Source of the DNA: Candidatus Aldehydirespirator sp.
GTDB lineage: Bacteria; Actinomycetota; Acidimicrobiia; Acidimicrobiales; Aldehydirespiratoraceae
DNA: 64,000 bases
Direction: 5' to 3'
NCBI GenBank assembly: GCA_965220345.1
Contig: OZ244822.1
Coordinates: 1,865,245 to 1,929,244 of the forward strand
A program made the position numbers and the translations under genes. The notes below the pieces were generated by a model. The model was not told the origin of the DNA and made no database searches. It saw only the letters and a list, made by a program, of their open reading frames with translations. Shown here in pieces: positions 38,274 through 47,206 of the stretch. Every line of letters begins with the position of its first letter. Positions within the stretch are counted from its first letter, which is position 1.

Positions 38274-39926
38274 GTGGTGAGCAGTCAAACCTTGAGGCAT
38301 CCTCAAGCCGTGACCGCCGCCTCAGCCCAGATGTCTCGCCAGCCGGGTACGCCCGTCACTTTGAGGTTGCTGGGTCTGGCTTTGGCCGGAGCTTTTGCCT
38401 TCCCAGGGGCGTATCTGGTTTACCGGAACTTCGCTGCTGGTGCAGATCCTGCGGGTTTGCTCATCAGCGACCGCACCGCTGGCCCGTTGTGGCGTTCACT
38501 GCAACTGGCGGTGTCGGTGTCAGCAGCGTCGCTGCTGCTGGGCACTGCTCTGGCTTGGCTCACCAGCCGCACCGATCTCCCGTTTTTGCGGCTCTGGCGG
38601 ATCTTGATGCCTTTGCCGTTGGTGTTTCCCACTTTCGTGGGTGCCGCAGCGTTCATTCACGCTCTCAACCCTGGCGGTTTGGTCAATGACCTGCTGACCG
38701 GGATCGGAGTTGATCGAACACCGGAACTGCGCGGCTTTCGCGGGGCTTGGCTGGTTCTCACGCTGATGACCTATCCCTACGTGTATCTGCCTGTAGCAGC
38801 ACGGCTGCGGCAGTTGCCTGCCACCCTCGAAGAAAGCGCCCGAGTGCTCGGCGACACCGCGGTCAGGGTTTTCTGGCGGATTTGCCTACCGCAAACAGCT
38901 TCCGCTATGGGAGCGGGCACTTTGCTGGTTTTTCTCTACACACTCAGCGACTTCGGCGCGGTGCAGTTGATGCGCTATGACACGCTCACCCGAGCGATCG
39001 CCACCAACCAGCTGGCTAATCCTCCGGTTGCTTTGGCGCTGAGCCTGATCCTTTTGGTGCTGGCCGCTTTGGTGGTGGTTGGTGAGCGCGGCTTTTCGCA
39101 GCGACTACCTGATGCGGCCTCGGGTCGCTCTAGGCATCCGATGATCTACCGACTGGGCCGTTGGCGCGCTGTTGCGACCGGTTTCGTTGCCGTGACAGCA
39201 GCAGCCGCTGCTGGGGCACCTCTGGTGGCATTAGGGGACTGGGCAGCAAGAGGTCTCATCCGCTCCGCCACCGGCGAACGCGAACTCACCATTGATTTTC
39301 CCCAGGTGTATGAAGCCACTATTAACACTGTCGGGGTCAGCGTGGCTGCGGCGCTGGTGTCCACCGCGGCGGTGCTTCCCATAGCTTTGCTGGTTGGTCG
39401 CTACCGCTCACGAGCTGGATCATTCGCGCATGCGCTGGTGATCAGCACTTTCGCTCTTCCCGGCATTCTCATTGCGCTTTCGATGCGGTTCTGGACGTTA
39501 CGTTCCGATCTTGCTTTCGAGCTTTTGAACGACACTATGGCGCTTTTGATCTTCGCTTACATGGTGCGTTTTGGATCGCTGGCTATGGGAGTGACTTTGG
39601 TGGCGGTGCGGGGAGTGCCTCAAAGACTGCACGACTCGGCGCAGATTCTTGGTGCCGGACGGTTGCGTCGTTTCGCGGCGGTGGATTTGCCGATGATGGC
39701 ACCCGGTCTGCTTGCAGGTGTTGGCCTAGTGCTGTTGTCAGTAATGAAAGAACTGCCGATCAGCCTGTTCGTGTCGCCGCTGGGATTTTCGACTCTGGCC
39801 ACCCGAATCTTCAGTTCCTTTGAAGACGCTTTCATAGCTGAGGCTGGGATCATGGCTGTAATTTTGGTGGCGCTTTCGCTCGTGTTGACCTGGTTTCTGG
39901 TGATTCGGCGAGATCATCTGCTGTGA
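38274..39926 (+). CDS. iron ABC transporter permease (duplicated TMD, FbpB-like)
   Basis: 550 aa with about 12 TM helices and two EAA-like loops (LEESARVLGDT; LHDSAQILGAG). No ATPase gene follows. Confidence 0.85.
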   Translation: MVSSQTLRHPQAVTAASAQMSRQPGTPVTLRLLGLALAGAFAFPGAYLVYRNFAAGADPAGLLISDRTAGPLWRSLQLAVSVSAASLLLGTALAWLTSRTDLPFLRLWRILMPLPLVFPTFVGAAAFIHALNPGGLVNDLLTGIGVDRTPELRGFRGAWLVLTLMTYPYVYLPVAARLRQLPATLEESARVLGDTAVRVFWRICLPQTASAMGAGTLLVFLYTLSDFGAVQLMRYDTLTRAIATNQLANPPVALALSLILLVLAALVVVGERGFSQRLPDAASGRSRHPMIYRLGRWRAVATGFVAVTAAAAAGAPLVALGDWAARGLIRSATGERELTIDFPQVYEATINTVGVSVAAALVSTAAVLPIALLVGRYRSRAGSFAHALVISTFALPGILIALSMRFWTLRSDLAFELLNDTMALLIFAYMVRFGSLAMGVTLVAVRGVPQRLHDSAQILGAGRLRRFAAVDLPMMAPGLLAGVGLVLLSVMKELPISLFVSPLGFSTLATRIFSSFEDAFIAEAGIMAVILVALSLVLTWFLVIRRDHLL

Positions 39927-39945
39927 GGTTTCTGGTGGTTAGACC

Positions 39946-41475
39946 TTGTTGGTGAGCCAGCAACCAGAAGGGCAGACCTCGTTAGCGACTCCTGCAAAGC
40001 TTGGGTTGGCTATGGCCGCGGTGGCGCTTTGGGTCTTCGTCATAGCCCTGCCTGCTATTGGTGCCCGGGCCAGCTACGGCGCTCGGGTGACAGCCGATGA
40101 GCCCCAATATTTGATCACCGCTATCAGCATCGCTGAAGACTTCGATCTCGACATCAGTGATGAACTCGCCGAGCGGCGATTCGAGCCTTTTCACGAGATA
40201 AACCTGAACCCGCAGACGATCCCGCTTAACGAGTCTGGACGGCGCATCAGTCCACATGATCCGCTGCTGCCTGCGCTGCTAGCACTGCCGATGTTGGTAG
40301 GGGGCTGGGTCGCAGCCAAGGTCGCATTAGCAGCAACTGCCGCAGCAACAGCCGCAGCAACTGTGTGGCTAGCGGTGCGGCGCTTCGGTGTGTCCGCAGG
40401 TGTCGCCGCGCTAGTGATTGGAGCTTTCTTCGCGGCACCGCCTTTGACGAGTTACGCCACGCAGGTTTATCCAGAGATGCCCGCAGCGCTTTGCGTGACT
40501 TTGGGTCTTGCGGCAGTCACCGGGCCGTTGCGGTTTCGTGGTCGGGTTGTGGCGCTTGCTGTCATTGTGGCTCTGCCATGGCTGTCAGTAAAGTTTGTGC
40601 CGCTAGCAGCAGTGCTTACGGTTGTGATGGTGCTGCGGCTGTGGCCGGATCAGCGACAGCGACAGCAGCTTCTGTTCAACTTTGCTGTGCTGACACTCGC
40701 TGGTGTGGCATACCTGGCTTTTCATCGCAGTGTCTACGGAGGCTGGACCGCTTATGCAAGTGGCGACCATTTCGTCAACGGTGAGCTGCTGGTGTTCGGA
40801 TCAGATCCTGACTATCTGGGACGCAGCCGTCGTCTGATGGGATTGCTCATAGATCGCGGTTTCGGTTTGGCGGCTTGGAACCCTGCTTATCTGCTGGCTG
40901 TGCCAGCGCTTGTGGCTTTAGCTCGCAGGCGACCGCCCGGCTGGGCTGTTCTGCTGGGCACATTCTCAGTGGGATATGCCATGGCAACCTGGGCAGCGTT
41001 GACTATGCATGGCTGGTGGTGGCCTGGTCGACAGGTGGTGGTGATGCTGCCCATAGTGGTGACAGCAGCAGCAATGCTTGTTGAACGTTTCCGAGTTTTG
41101 CGCCTACCGCTTCTGGTGGGATGCTGTGTAGGGGTTTTCAACTGGCTGTGGCTTGTCGCCGAGGCTTCCACTGGGCGGCGCACCCTGATCGTGGATTTTG
41201 AAGAGACCGCGAACCCTCTGTATCAGGTTTGGTCGGTGCTGCTGCCAGATCATCGACGCTTTGAGGGTGCCTCTGTGGCTTTGACCCTTGCTTGGACTGC
41301 TCTGATTGCAGCAGCGGCTCTGCTGGTGTGGCTCAGACTGCGGCCGTCACCCGCTGAGGCTGCCGAAGGGTTATCGCCGGGTCATGGTCTCGACCGGCGG
41401 ATTGAGCTTGAGCCTGAGCCTTCCAGTTTTGTTGATGCCACAAAGCCTGGGCCGTCAAACCGCGGCTCAGATTAG
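39946..41475 (+). CDS. polytopic membrane protein, possibly a GT-C-type glycosyltransferase
   Basis: About 12 TM helices, with an early acidic loop (EDFDLDISDE) as in ArnT/PMT-like enzymes. Assignment is tentative. Confidence 0.5.
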   Translation: MLVSQQPEGQTSLATPAKLGLAMAAVALWVFVIALPAIGARASYGARVTADEPQYLITAISIAEDFDLDISDELAERRFEPFHEINLNPQTIPLNESGRRISPHDPLLPALLALPMLVGGWVAAKVALAATAAATAAATVWLAVRRFGVSAGVAALVIGAFFAAPPLTSYATQVYPEMPAALCVTLGLAAVTGPLRFRGRVVALAVIVALPWLSVKFVPLAAVLTVVMVLRLWPDQRQRQQLLFNFAVLTLAGVAYLAFHRSVYGGWTAYASGDHFVNGELLVFGSDPDYLGRSRRLMGLLIDRGFGLAAWNPAYLLAVPALVALARRRPPGWAVLLGTFSVGYAMATWAALTMHGWWWPGRQVVVMLPIVVTAAAMLVERFRVLRLPLLVGCCVGVFNWLWLVAEASTGRRTLIVDFEETANPLYQVWSVLLPDHRRFEGASVALTLAWTALIAAAALLVWLRLRPSPAEAAEGLSPGHGLDRRIELEPEPSSFVDATKPGPSNRGSD

Positions 41476-42403
41476 TAAGGGGTCTCCAGCCCAGAACTCG
41501 GCGAGCTTCGCCAATATCGGCGACAGTTGTCTGCGGGTCACCTGCTGGTTGCGGCACTTCACGGATGCTCGCCTGTGCGCCGCTCAGCGCTGAAACTTCG
41601 GCGATTACCTCATTGAGTGAATGGCTGCAGCCGCCGCCGATATCGAAAGTCCTGCCCGCCGCTCGCTGTTCAGTCCCCGCAGCGAGCGTCGCCGCCACAA
41701 CATCACCCACGAACGTGAACTCGCGTGTCTGCTCACCGGAGCCGCGACGACAAAAAACCGCTGCCTTTGGCCTGGTCGCCTCAAAAAGGCGATGCATGGC
41801 CATGTCGGGACGCTGACGAGGACCGAACACGGTGAAGTAGCGCAGCACCACCACTTCAAGACCACGGCGGGCATAAACATCCGCAAGTTGCTCGCAAGCT
41901 GCTTTGGCGGCACCATATGGGCTTATCGGTTTGAGGGTTCTGGTTCCGTCCAGGGTTGCGGTCTCGCCGTAGACCGACGAACTTGATGCCAGCACTAGGC
42001 GTTTCACCCCGGCTTCCAGAGCTGCCGACAGAACCGCTTGCGTGCCTGCCACATTGACATCGCATTGCTCGCAGGATTGCCATGAGTCCTGCACCCCGGC
42101 CTGAGCTGCTAGGTGATACACAGTGTCAGCCCCGCTAAACAACCCGACAAGATTGGCGCAGCGAATATCGTCAACCATCAACCGGAACCGAGGGCTTTTG
42201 ACTGCTTCGCTGAGGTTGGCCCGCTTCTGTGCAGTGCTGTATCCGCTAGCAAAAGAGTCCAATCCGGTCACCTTGTGTTGATGGCGGAGCAGCAGATCAA
42301 CAAGATGCGAACCGATGAAGCCAGCCGCTCCAGTCACTACCGTGATGCCGTCGCTTGCCTCTGCGCTAGCTTCGGTGTATTCGCCTGGCAATATAGTATG
42401 CAT
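41333..42403 (-). CDS. NAD-dependent epimerase/dehydratase (SDR-extended)
   Basis: VTGAAGFIGSHLV and YGAAK motifs. ATG at 42403 (MHTILPG) was preferred over the track start at 42451. The 3' end overlaps the convergent gene by 143 nt. Confidence 0.85.
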   Translation of the reverse strand: MHTILPGEYTEASAEASDGITVVTGAAGFIGSHLVDLLLRHQHKVTGLDSFASGYSTAQKRANLSEAVKSPRFRLMVDDIRCANLVGLFSGADTVYHLAAQAGVQDSWQSCEQCDVNVAGTQAVLSAALEAGVKRLVLASSSSVYGETATLDGTRTLKPISPYGAAKAACEQLADVYARRGLEVVVLRYFTVFGPRQRPDMAMHRLFEATRPKAAVFCRRGSGEQTREFTFVGDVVAATLAAGTEQRAAGRTFDIGGGCSHSLNEVIAEVSALSGAQASIREVPQPAGDPQTTVADIGEARRVLGWRPLTNLSRGLTAQALWHQQNWKAQAQAQSAGRDHDPAITLRQPQRVTAAV

Positions 42404-42417
42404 TAGGTATACCTTAC
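42403..42417. promoter_or_regulatory. second exact copy of TTAGGTATACCTTAC
   Basis: Overlaps the epimerase start codon and lies in the divergent region with the FAD oxidoreductase gene (start 42531). Confidence 0.55.
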
Positions 42418-42530
42418 ACATAGGTTGGCTCCTTGCGAAACCGCACCACAATCACAGGTTCAGGATTCATGACCCATCAGTGTTTCTGCACTAAGTAGCT
42501 GAGATAACTGATAGCTGACGGCTGAGATAA

Positions 42531-43943
42531 ATGGCTGAGATAGTTGTAGTTGGGGCAGGCCCGGCTGGTCTCATGGCTGCGTTGTGCAGCGCCCAAAGCG
42601 GTCATCGCGTCATTCTTTTGGAGGCGACGGACAGTGTCGGGGGAATGTCCGCCAGCTTTGAGATTGCTGGACAGCGAGTGGATTATGGATCGCATCGCCT
42701 TCATCCAGCCACTCCGCAGCGTTTCATGGAGTTGTTTGAATCACGTCTTGGCTCTGATCTGCAGGTGAGGCCGCGTCAGGGGCGGATATTCCTTAGGGGA
42801 AGCTGGATCAAATTCCCGTTGCGGGCTACAGACATGACTCGCAACCTGCCTCCAGCCTTCGCGGCGGGCGCTGCTTTTGATGTCTTGACTGCTCCGCTGC
42901 GGCGGCTCAAGGATCATCCGACCGAGAGTTTTGTTACTGAGATCAAGCATCGGCTAGGCCCCACCGTGGCCCGGGATTTCTACGAGCCCTATGCCCGCAA
43001 GCTCTACGGCTGCGACCCCAAAAACCTTGACCGTGAACTGGCTTTGCGCAGAGTGTCGGTCACCAGCATCGCCGACATCTTGAAACGAGTCTCCGGTGCC
43101 TCAAAGACAAAGACGAGCAGCTTTTGGTATCCGCGTCGTGGCTACGGCCAGCTCAGCGAAGCACTCGCCGGTGCCGCCACCGAAGCTGGTGCTGAACTGC
43201 GGCTCGGAACCCGAGTGCTAGGACTCGAAATCGGTTCAAGCACCGTGTCGGTTCATGCAGATAACAGCGGCGACAGCGGCACGAGTGACATTCTTCAAGC
43301 CGACTCGGTGCTGACGACGATGCCGTTGCCAGCTTTAGCCGCAGCTACTGATCCGTCACCACCTGATGCTGTGCTGACGGCTTTGAGTCGCTGTCGCAGC
43401 CGTGCGCTGGTGCTGGTGTATCTAGTGCTTGGTTGTGAGCAGTTCACGCCATGGGACGCTCACTATTTTCCGGGTCCCGAAACTGTGATCTCACGTTTGT
43501 CAGAGCCGAAGAACTACCGCGACGGTGATGATCCGACAGCTACCACGGTGCTTTGTGCTGAGATCCCCTGCTGGGTCGGTGATGAAATATGGCAACGCAG
43601 CGATGACAGCCTCGCTCAGCAAGTAATAGCCGAAATGGCCGCAGTCGGTCTTGAGGGTGCAGAGCCGCAACAGGTGCAGGTGAGGCGGCTGCCGTCGGTG
43701 TATCCCGTCTATGAAAAATCGTCGATGAACGCTCGAACAACCGTTGACGCGTGGCTGCGTTCGCTTGCCAGCGAAGGCATCTTGTCGTTGGGGCGTCACG
43801 GTCTTGGAGTGCTCGACAATCTGCATCATGTTCTGGCTATGGGCGAAGCAGCGGCGCAGTGCGTCAGTCTCGACGGCACGGTCGATCTTCAAGCCTGGAT
43901 CAATCATCTCGACAATTTCGCAGACCATGTAGTGGAGGACTGA
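42531..43943 (+). CDS. FAD-dependent oxidoreductase (amine oxidase / protoporphyrinogen oxidase-like fold)
   Basis: N-terminal dinucleotide-binding motif VVVGAGPAGLMAA...LLEATDSVGG. Confidence 0.75.
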   Translation: MAEIVVVGAGPAGLMAALCSAQSGHRVILLEATDSVGGMSASFEIAGQRVDYGSHRLHPATPQRFMELFESRLGSDLQVRPRQGRIFLRGSWIKFPLRATDMTRNLPPAFAAGAAFDVLTAPLRRLKDHPTESFVTEIKHRLGPTVARDFYEPYARKLYGCDPKNLDRELALRRVSVTSIADILKRVSGASKTKTSSFWYPRRGYGQLSEALAGAATEAGAELRLGTRVLGLEIGSSTVSVHADNSGDSGTSDILQADSVLTTMPLPALAAATDPSPPDAVLTALSRCRSRALVLVYLVLGCEQFTPWDAHYFPGPETVISRLSEPKNYRDGDDPTATTVLCAEIPCWVGDEIWQRSDDSLAQQVIAEMAAVGLEGAEPQQVQVRRLPSVYPVYEKSSMNARTTVDAWLRSLASEGILSLGRHGLGVLDNLHHVLAMGEAAAQCVSLDGTVDLQAWINHLDNFADHVVED

Positions 43944-43999
43944 GCCCCGAGATGCACAAGATGGTCTGCGTAGAGTCGGAATCGGTTAGGGTTGGTGCC

Positions 44000-44470
44000 A
44001 TGAAAGGTTCCCCAGAAATCATTGAGTTCCTCAACGAGGCTTTGGCCGCTGAGGTAACTGCCATCAACCAGTATTTTGTCAACTCCAAACTTTGTGAAGA
44101 TTGGGGCTGGACTCGTCTGGCTGCCAAAATGCGCGAAGAGTCCATTGAGGAGATGCATGATGCCGAGAAGTTGATGGACCGGATCCTCTACCTTGACGGG
44201 ATGCCGAAACTCGAAAGCCTTGCCAGTATGCGTGCTGGAGGCACGGTAGAAGAGCAGCTCGAGAACGACAGACAGCTTGAGACTGCCGCTATTGAGCGTT
44301 ACCGCCGTGGTGTGCTGCTAGCTACCCAACACGAAGATGTAGGTACCCGTGACTTGCTCGAAGGGCTGCTAGTCGGCGAGGAAGGTCATCTCGACTGGAT
44401 CGAGACCCAGCAGAGCGCCATAGCTGACATAGGCATCCAGAACTATCTCCAGTCCCAAATAGGCGACTAA
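44000..44470 (+). CDS. bfr: bacterioferritin
   Basis: MKGSPEIIEFLNEALAAEVTAINQYF...ESIEEMHDAEKLMDRILYLDG is canonical Bfr, including the heme Met region and ferroxidase ligands. The track ORF is over-extended 5'. Confidence 0.92.
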   Translation: MKGSPEIIEFLNEALAAEVTAINQYFVNSKLCEDWGWTRLAAKMREESIEEMHDAEKLMDRILYLDGMPKLESLASMRAGGTVEEQLENDRQLETAAIERYRRGVLLATQHEDVGTRDLLEGLLVGEEGHLDWIETQQSAIADIGIQNYLQSQIGD

Positions 44471-44483
44471 CCCCCCCCCCCCC
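44471..44483. repeat. C13 homopolymer immediately after the bfr stop codon
   Basis: taa followed by 13 consecutive C, read directly. Confidence 0.95.
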
Positions 44484-44612
44484 AAGCGCCTTCTGCGCCA
44501 CGTCCGAACTCGCAGCTGATGCTGGACGGCAGCGAATCGTTTCCTAAGCGTCAGGCGCTTACCCAGCGTTTCACGCATGGCCACCCGCTAACTAGATCGA
44601 TACGCTACCGGC

Positions 44613-44912
44613 ATGGGATCGACCGAGTATGGAGTGAGTCTGGTGGAGGTGCGTGCCCTAGAGCCTTACCGCATCTGGCTACGCTACGATGATGGAACTG
44701 AGGGTGAAGTAGACTTGGCTTACTTGGCAGGTAAGGGTGTATTCGCTGCTTGGGAAGACCATTCGTTCTTCGGGGAAGTGCGTCTCTGTTCCGCTGGGGG
44801 GGTCGTATGGGGCGATGATCTTGATATGTGTGGTGACGCTCTCTATCTAAAACTCACAGGACTCACAGAGCAGGAGGCTTTCCCAGAGAAGCGTGAACGC
44901 TTACATGCCTGA
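44613..44912 (+). CDS. DUF2442-family protein
   Basis: VEVRALEPYRIWLRYDDGTEGEVDL...VVWGDDLDMCGDALY matches the DUF2442 pattern. Overlaps the next gene. Confidence 0.75.
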   Translation: MGSTEYGVSLVEVRALEPYRIWLRYDDGTEGEVDLAYLAGKGVFAAWEDHSFFGEVRLCSAGGVVWGDDLDMCGDALYLKLTGLTEQEAFPEKRERLHA

Positions 44913-45165
44913 GATTAGTCGCTTCTATGGCATCGTGATCAGGATTTTCTACGAAGACCATATGCCGCCTCACTTCCATGCCGAGTACGGTGGCAAGAAG
45001 GCGGAAGTGCAAATTGATCCCCCCAACTTTAGAAAAGGTCATCTAACCCCTAGAGCAGAGCGAATGGTGATCGAGTGGGCTAGCAAGCATCGCCATGAAC
45101 TCCAAGAAGCCTGGAAAAAGTCCGCTATGAATCAGAATCCAGGCAAGATCTCACCTCTGGAATAA
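44905..45165 (+). CDS. DUF4160-family protein
   Basis: MPEISRFYGIVIRIFYEDHMPPHFHAEYGG is the hallmark DUF4160 N-terminus. Confidence 0.8.
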   Translation: MPEISRFYGIVIRIFYEDHMPPHFHAEYGGKKAEVQIDPPNFRKGHLTPRAERMVIEWASKHRHELQEAWKKSAMNQNPGKISPLE

Positions 45166-45227
45166 TGCCGATAAAAGCTCCTCAAGCGGGGGAGCCTCCC
45201 AGTGAAACAATGGCGTTTCAGGGTAGT

Positions 45228-45275
45228 TCAGGCGATTATGGTTAGTTCGGTGGCTTTTAGCGAAGCCCAGACCTG
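45228..45275 (-). pseudogene. orphan duplicate of the modC 3' end (last ~16 codons plus stop)
   Basis: Encodes ...QVWASLKATELTIIA*, compared with the modC C-terminus ...QVWASLKATELTVVP*. There is a 36-nt exact identity to 47591-47626. Confidence 0.65.
45240..45275. repeat. 36-bp direct repeat, copy A (ggttagttcggtggcttttagcgaagcccagacctg)
   Basis: Exact match to 47591-47626. Imperfect similarity extends about 20 nt to the left (ttcagg...). Confidence 0.95.
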
Positions 45276-45301
45276 AGTTTCGCTGCGTGACTGTGAGAGG
45301 G

Positions 45302-47206
45302 TTAGGTCATCCATTTGACACCGAGCATTGCTATTGCGCCGATCAGCAGCACAGCGCCGAGTCCTGCTGTGATTATTTGTGGGATCCTTCGATCTTCCCA
45401 GGTCACCAGTTCTAGGCGCCATCCTGGCGGCTGTTTATCTTCGATTTGTGCGGTTTCACTGACCTTACGAAAGACAGGCGTGTCAGCTTCCCTTCGCTTG
45501 TCGACAAGATCAAACCCCAAAAACAGAAACGCTGCTGCGATAGTCACCGACACCGAATCATGTATCCATCTCGCAAAAGGCACCACTGTGGCCTCAGGTC
45601 TTGCCACCACAGCTAATGCAGCGGTAACGGCAGCGAACATCGCCAGCACCGCAGGTTCGGCAAAGCCGCGACCTTGCTGGCGCAGACCAACAAGCCGCTC
45701 CACATCTACAAGAAGCCTCGACCAGCGCTGTGCCTCTGTGACACTAGTTGCGTTGGCTGTGCGGGATGCTAGCCGCCGCCGTAGATCTAGATAGGCCTCA
45801 TTGAAAGGCCTGCCCGACTTTTCGTCGACCTCGCGCAACAGCGACATGCACTTATCTGCCTCCTCAATTGTGAGAAGTGTTTGTTCATGGAGACGTATCA
45901 CATCAAACTCGTGATGCAGTCGCAGCATCAACTCGTCAGCATCGCGGCGCAGAACCTCCACACGGCTCTGTCGGAACGAGTACACCAGAATAAACACCGT
46001 TGCTAACAGTCCGAGTATGCCCCAATACTCCACAACTGACCAAACCTGCCAGTTATCAGGAAGCCAGTCGTCACGAAACAGAACCATCACCCCCGACACC
46101 CACAAAGCCAGCACCAATGCACGGTAGCCGTAGCCGCCACGACCGAGCCTGGTCGAAGCACCCTCTGGGTCAAGGTGCAAGACCATATTCACCGCCACCA
46201 CACCGGCAGCGCCCGCAATCAGACGATCGGTTCGCACGATATCGGTGTCCGCGAAAGCGGCCAAGAGCAGCAAAGCGGCTACAGGGGTCAGATAGTAGAG
46301 AGTGGTGATTCCGGCTGCTTTGTGTCCATGATCGTCGGTAGCGAGATGAAGAGCTCGCACAAAGGACCATCCAGCAACCACATGGAAAAAGCCTGCAAGT
46401 GCAGCAAGTGCTAAACCGTTGGCTGTGAACCTTCCGTCTGAGTCACCTCCTACTACCAACCCGATAGCAAGAAAAACAGGTACCCACACCAACTGCGCTG
46501 CTGCATTCCCAGATGATGAAACAGAAGTCCGGTCACGCAGCGATTTGGGATCACGCTGATCAGCGCCCATAATCGTCGCATTGGCATCAGCAGCAGCCGC
46601 TAGCGCTCCTGCTGCGAGAGCTAGAACAACCCCGAGCGCCGCCGTTAGCGTCCAGTTTGATAGTCCAACTTCTTGGTCGCTGAACACCACCAACGCCACA
46701 CCAGCAGACCCGACAATAAGCATTATTAGCATTGATCCTAAGCGGCGGTCTTCGCGCTCAGAAGCGCTGAGCATTCGATTGCGCCAGAACCCGGTCAGTG
46801 TGTACAAGCCAAAGAATACGGGCCAGAACTCAAAGACTACGGTCGCTACCGACGGGTCAGTTAAGGTCAATGCCGCGGCAAACAGTAGCCAGGTAAGATT
46901 GCCGACCACCGCAGCGGCTAGATAGCCGGGTTTAGTGGCACGCAAGTCTTCAAGCATTGCCACTCCCCGCCGATCGGCTTTAGCGTCGCCAACACCGACA
47001 CCTGCCTGCCACTGGACAAAGCCAAGATGCAACGATCCCCTTACCGCGTATTGCACTGCCACGAACAACCAGAGCGACATGTCTTGAGTTCCCGCCCAAA
47101 TAGTTAGAGGCAGCGTTGCAAAGCAGGCAACAGCGACAAGCATCCATGCCACAGACGCGCTGATGCCACTAGATCGCACGGTCACTGTGACACCAAAAAG
47201 GCGCAA
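45302..47206 (-). CDS. large polytopic membrane protein: DMT/EamA-like N-terminal half, then a coiled-coil cytoplasmic segment and extra TM helices
   Basis: 634-aa ORF with about 10 TM helices and an EamA-like pattern. A ~150-aa charged helical region follows (LRRDADELMLRLHHEFDVIRLHEQ...), then 3-4 more TM helices. The start is uncertain. Confidence 0.6.
   Translation of the reverse strand: MRLFGVTVTVRSSGISASVAWMLVAVACFATLPLTIWAGTQDMSLWLFVAVQYAVRGSLHLGFVQWQAGVGVGDAKADRRGVAMLEDLRATKPGYLAAAVVGNLTWLLFAAALTLTDPSVATVVFEFWPVFFGLYTLTGFWRNRMLSASEREDRRLGSMLIMLIVGSAGVALVVFSDQEVGLSNWTLTAALGVVLALAAGALAAAADANATIMGADQRDPKSLRDRTSVSSSGNAAAQLVWVPVFLAIGLVVGGDSDGRFTANGLALAALAGFFHVVAGWSFVRALHLATDDHGHKAAGITTLYYLTPVAALLLLAAFADTDIVRTDRLIAGAAGVVAVNMVLHLDPEGASTRLGRGGYGYRALVLALWVSGVMVLFRDDWLPDNWQVWSVVEYWGILGLLATVFILVYSFRQSRVEVLRRDADELMLRLHHEFDVIRLHEQTLLTIEEADKCMSLLREVDEKSGRPFNEAYLDLRRRLASRTANATSVTEAQRWSRLLVDVERLVGLRQQGRGFAEPAVLAMFAAVTAALAVVARPEATVVPFARWIHDSVSVTIAAAFLFLGFDLVDKRREADTPVFRKVSETAQIEDKQPPGWRLELVTWEDRRIPQIITAGLGAVLLIGAIAMLGVKWMT

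Noticed and set aside
41333-41475. 143-nt convergent overlap of the epimerase and membrane-protein ORFs, considered as a possible regulatory antisense arrangement.
   Set aside because: Both C-terminal extensions lie beyond the conserved domains and are probably passive read-through to the next stop codon. Nothing suggests function.
43985-44003. IdeR/DtxR-like iron box overlapping the bfr start (ttagggttggtgccatgaa).
   Set aside because: Only about half of the 19 consensus positions match and there is no dyad symmetry. Treated as chance.
44369-44584. 71-aa minus-strand ORF spanning the bfr 3' end and the C13 tract.
   Set aside because: It overlaps bfr antisense and its sequence includes a poly-Gly stretch from the homopolymer. 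Artefact.
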